Of a stretch of 64,000 nucleotides of DNA, positions 60,589-64,000 are shown piece by piece. Numbering within the stretch: position 1 is the first letter of the stretch; each line of letters starts with the position of its first letter. The position numbers and the translations under genes were made by a program. The stretch is taken from the NCBI GenBank assembly GCA_010405405.1, contig MU004233.1:1067122-1131121 (forward strand), written 5' to 3'. Below the pieces are notes generated by a model. The model was not told the origin of the DNA. It did not search any database and was given only the letters and a program-made list of their open reading frames with translations. The stretch comes from Microthyrium microscopicum. Taxonomy: Eukaryota.

Positions 60589-63500
60589 GACAAGGGGTGA
60601 AAAGAAAAGAAATGATCAATTCAAAATTTGGCCAAAGCCAAAGCCGGCCTTGCTGAGCCGCAGGCCATGACTTTTATCAACATTATCAACTCTCTTCTAC
60701 GCTATCGTAGTCTTTAATCTTCGGAAAGTATAATGACTACTACTTTAGCGCTTTCGTTGCGTTTTGCGCTGCTCTTCCCGCAAGTGTCGTGAGCCTGTGA
60801 CATTGATCCCGTCTGTATCATGCTGAACAGCAGCAAAACGTTCGGACCGGTGCAGCCGTCAACTCTCAAGGCGGAGTGGTGTTCTGCGTTGCGTTGGTCC
60901 TCGCTCGTGGGATGTCCCAGCGTTCAGGGGAAGTGAGTGATTGGATTGGCTGGGGCTTTCATAGGCAAAACTCCCCGAGCTGGTCGCAACGACCGGCTGG
61001 CTCCCGCTGCAGAAGTGTGGATAGTCTCAGCGCCACCAAAAGCCTTTGTTTGACCTTTTGGCGCGCCTCATCATCCAGTTGGGTCTCTTGACACTGCTTT
61101 CTGCGAAGAACTTGATCACAGAGCTTTCCTATCGCGGTTGCGCAACACCAATGATGTTGAACAACTTCCAGATCCATTCAAGCAGAAGCGTACGTAGCAT
61201 CCACTTGTCTGGAAATAGGAAAATATCTGGATTGGTATTGGTTGATAATGTCGATATTATTGCCAATCGCATTCCATTTATCATGAGCCGTTCGCCGGAA
61301 GATTATTGATTTGAAAGACAAAATGAATCACCAGTGCTGAAGTGCACCACCAACTTCAAGCAATCTCCTCGTCATTTGTTACGTGGAGCCACAACGCCAG
61401 AGGAGGGTCTATCGCGCCAGATACTCGTTGTGGCGTGCAAATTGGCTAAATTCTGACTCTTGGCAAATTGTCCTTCTGCAAATTAGCTCAGCTTTGAGGA
61501 TCGTCAATTGAAGCGTTTGCTATCAGTTTGTAGATCATGTTCTAACTTCCTGTCTTTGTGCTGCTGTGAACACAAATGATATCAAGTGTAGAGTCAAGTT
61601 GCATTACATGATTTCGTACGAGCTAGGGAAACCGGCATTCTTCATGAAGCTGACGCCACGCGAATAATCATGGTCCCAGGTCGGCCAACAAGGCCATAAA
61701 GGCCCGACTCAAGCGTACCAAAGTTTGTAGAGCCTCTCTTGCATCATATCATGTGCGCTGCATAACGGCATAACATCCTATATCAAACGCAATGGAGAAG
61801 TACCAGTCGTCATTCAGATATTACCGCGAGAATGGAATCGCAGATGATCATCAACAGCGCTCTGCACTACTCATGCAAAAATTACTTTTCCCTATCCGAT
61901 ATCGTACCTTAGTCTCACGATAGCTGCCAGGAGTACACCAATCCACGAAGATCCTTTTGTGGGGTTTAATGCACGATATCTACTTTGTAGTAGCTTGTAC
62001 AACAACCACAATTGCCGACAAAACTGTGTCAGTTTCTCTGCCTTCTTGGGCTATCCATGGCTCATGAAAGCTATAAGTAGCGCCAGATAAGCCAGCATAG
62101 AACCATGTTCAAGATGCCTGCGATTAAGGAAGTTCCTTCGAATAATCTATGAACCCTTCTGTTCCAAGCATCAGGCATCACAACATAGATTCCTACTAGT
62201 ACTTACATGATCTGGAAGCAGGCGCTACTGTTTACGATTACATGAAGAGTCGTAATGGTTGTTCATCGCTATACTGTAAAAACTTGTCCCCATAACTTGG
62301 AGGAAAAACTTTCATAATTCGAAGTTCAATCAATTGATCTTGACATCTTGCATCGCGGAGCACGGGTTCAATCTTCCAAACAACAATCGCTTTTTCCCGT
62401 TTGAACCTTGCTGATTCGCTGAACCCAGCCTCGCGTGGTTCTTAATACCCTGTCATAACCCGTCGTAAAATGCTTCTTTTCTCCAGACATGTTAGGATCA
62501 ACTCCGTGCTAAAAGTTGACAGTGGGGTATGGAATTGGAAGCCAGGATCAACCTGCTTGCAGACGAGAACCCCTGAAAAGTGCTTCACTTTTCATGCACC
62601 CTTTCGATCGCGGTCCCACCACTCACGGCAAAGTGACGTTACCAGATATCTGGATATTACGGAAGCAGAATGCTGTGATATGACCGACACAGATTGTAAG
62701 ACCTGAAGAAATACACACCAGTGGCCCGATGATAGGTCTGTATGAAATTTCGGCGAATACTTCTTGAAACGAAACGATTGAAGATAGCGAACAGGATCAT
62801 GGATTGAAGCCGTCCCAAGACTTCGGCTCGGCCGAGGCGAGTTGGACTGGCCTGTTTAGACTCACTTTGATACACAAATGTCTTGTAACCGGCATCCAAG
62901 CGAATTCAGTCCTGATATGAGGTTGTATCGCTGTAGGATCCCACTCGCCGCACGCATTGAGGCTTGTCTGTCACATCATGTCATAATCTTCGCCAAATTG
63001 TACGGACATGGGACTTTGCTTTTCCATTGTAACAACAAGCATGGGCTCTGCAAGCCCTATACTCATTGTTCCTGATGAACGTGCTGAAAGGAGGTACCTA
63101 TCTACGGAATTACAGTATTAGAAAGCCCAAAAGAGCATGGGATATTTGAAAGCAAAGGTCCATGGACGTTGAGCCCTCGCAATGAGCACTCCACACTGGT
63201 CTCGCGTGCGGACCATGAATGTAATCTAGATATATTACCTGTCAAGCCTGTCAGTTGGGATTCTAAAGTTTCTAATACCAACAACGTGGTTTTTGATGGA
63301 TTTTCCTTGAATTGAGAAAATCCTACGGAAGTTTTTGCCGATATTGAAAATGATAGTATCTGATGTATCCAAGATATTGGTCAAATAATGATCATCAGGT
63401 ATTGTAAACCTTATCTAGTGCTAATTCTCTCTTCAACTTCCTTTCAACATGAAATGTTTCAATCTCTGTCTAATATGTGGTACCACCGTTACATCGATAC

Positions 63501-64000
63501 AGCACCGCGGCATATCTATATGAAAATGCTCGTTGATAATGCGAAATCGGTGCTTGAGGCTCACCCAGGCGTCAAGGAGAAGAATCATTTAAAGTATGTT
63601 TTCCAGCTTTGTGATGCATACTTTTACGTTCTGGGTCAAGAGATATTTCATTATTTCCATTGGGTATTCTACCAGATATAGCGTTGGTAAGTACTCTAGT
63701 TGCTGAGCATTAGTTTTTATGACAGATAATTCCATGCGATGCTCATCGCAGTATTTATTCTTCAAGTTTTGATGTAAATTTGATGTAGACTCAAGTCTTT
63801 AACCTTGGAAATAGCTCCGGGTACTAGTACTCGATATCTGAGGATTATGCGGATAGGTAGTCTCGCTCATTAAGGTCGGCATGTGGTATATCATAATGAA
63901 AGACAGAACTGTAGCTCAAATCGAACAGACGAACAAAATTTTAAAACTCTAGTTGCGTACGAAGAATATTCCTTTTGATAACAATTCAAGGCCTTCCTTG

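Overview
Eukaryotic DNA from a filamentous ascomycete (Pezizomycotina): short GT-AG introns with CTRAC branch sites and repeats degraded by RIP (repeat-induced point mutation). Gene-dense segments carry APS2, ISU1, RPA135 and GCD6, plus two Zn2Cys6 transcription factors, a CYSTM protein, a sedolisin, an AlkB/GRF-zinc-finger protein, a class II hydrophobin, a DUF924-EF-hand fusion, a secreted Arg/Gly/Asp/His-rich repeat precursor, an ABM-like protein, a DUF1907 protein and a Num1/ApsA-type PH-domain protein. Two AT-rich RIP islands interrupt them: a 2.76-kb Mutator-like element (20852-23610) and an 18.7-kb three-level nest (33845-52571) in which a pogo/Tc1-mariner element contains a Ty3/Gypsy element that contains a second Ty3/Gypsy element, each with matching target-site duplications. 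The most notable observations are: (1) ISU1 appears to need a non-canonical AT-AC intron with U2-type signals to restore its conserved YHEKVIDHY motif; (2) the DUF924-calmodulin-like fusion; (3) a Kex2-cleavable two-module secreted peptide precursor next to the transposon nest; (4) a long, apparently structured intron in APS2. All exon boundaries and family assignments were made by eye and no database searches were run.
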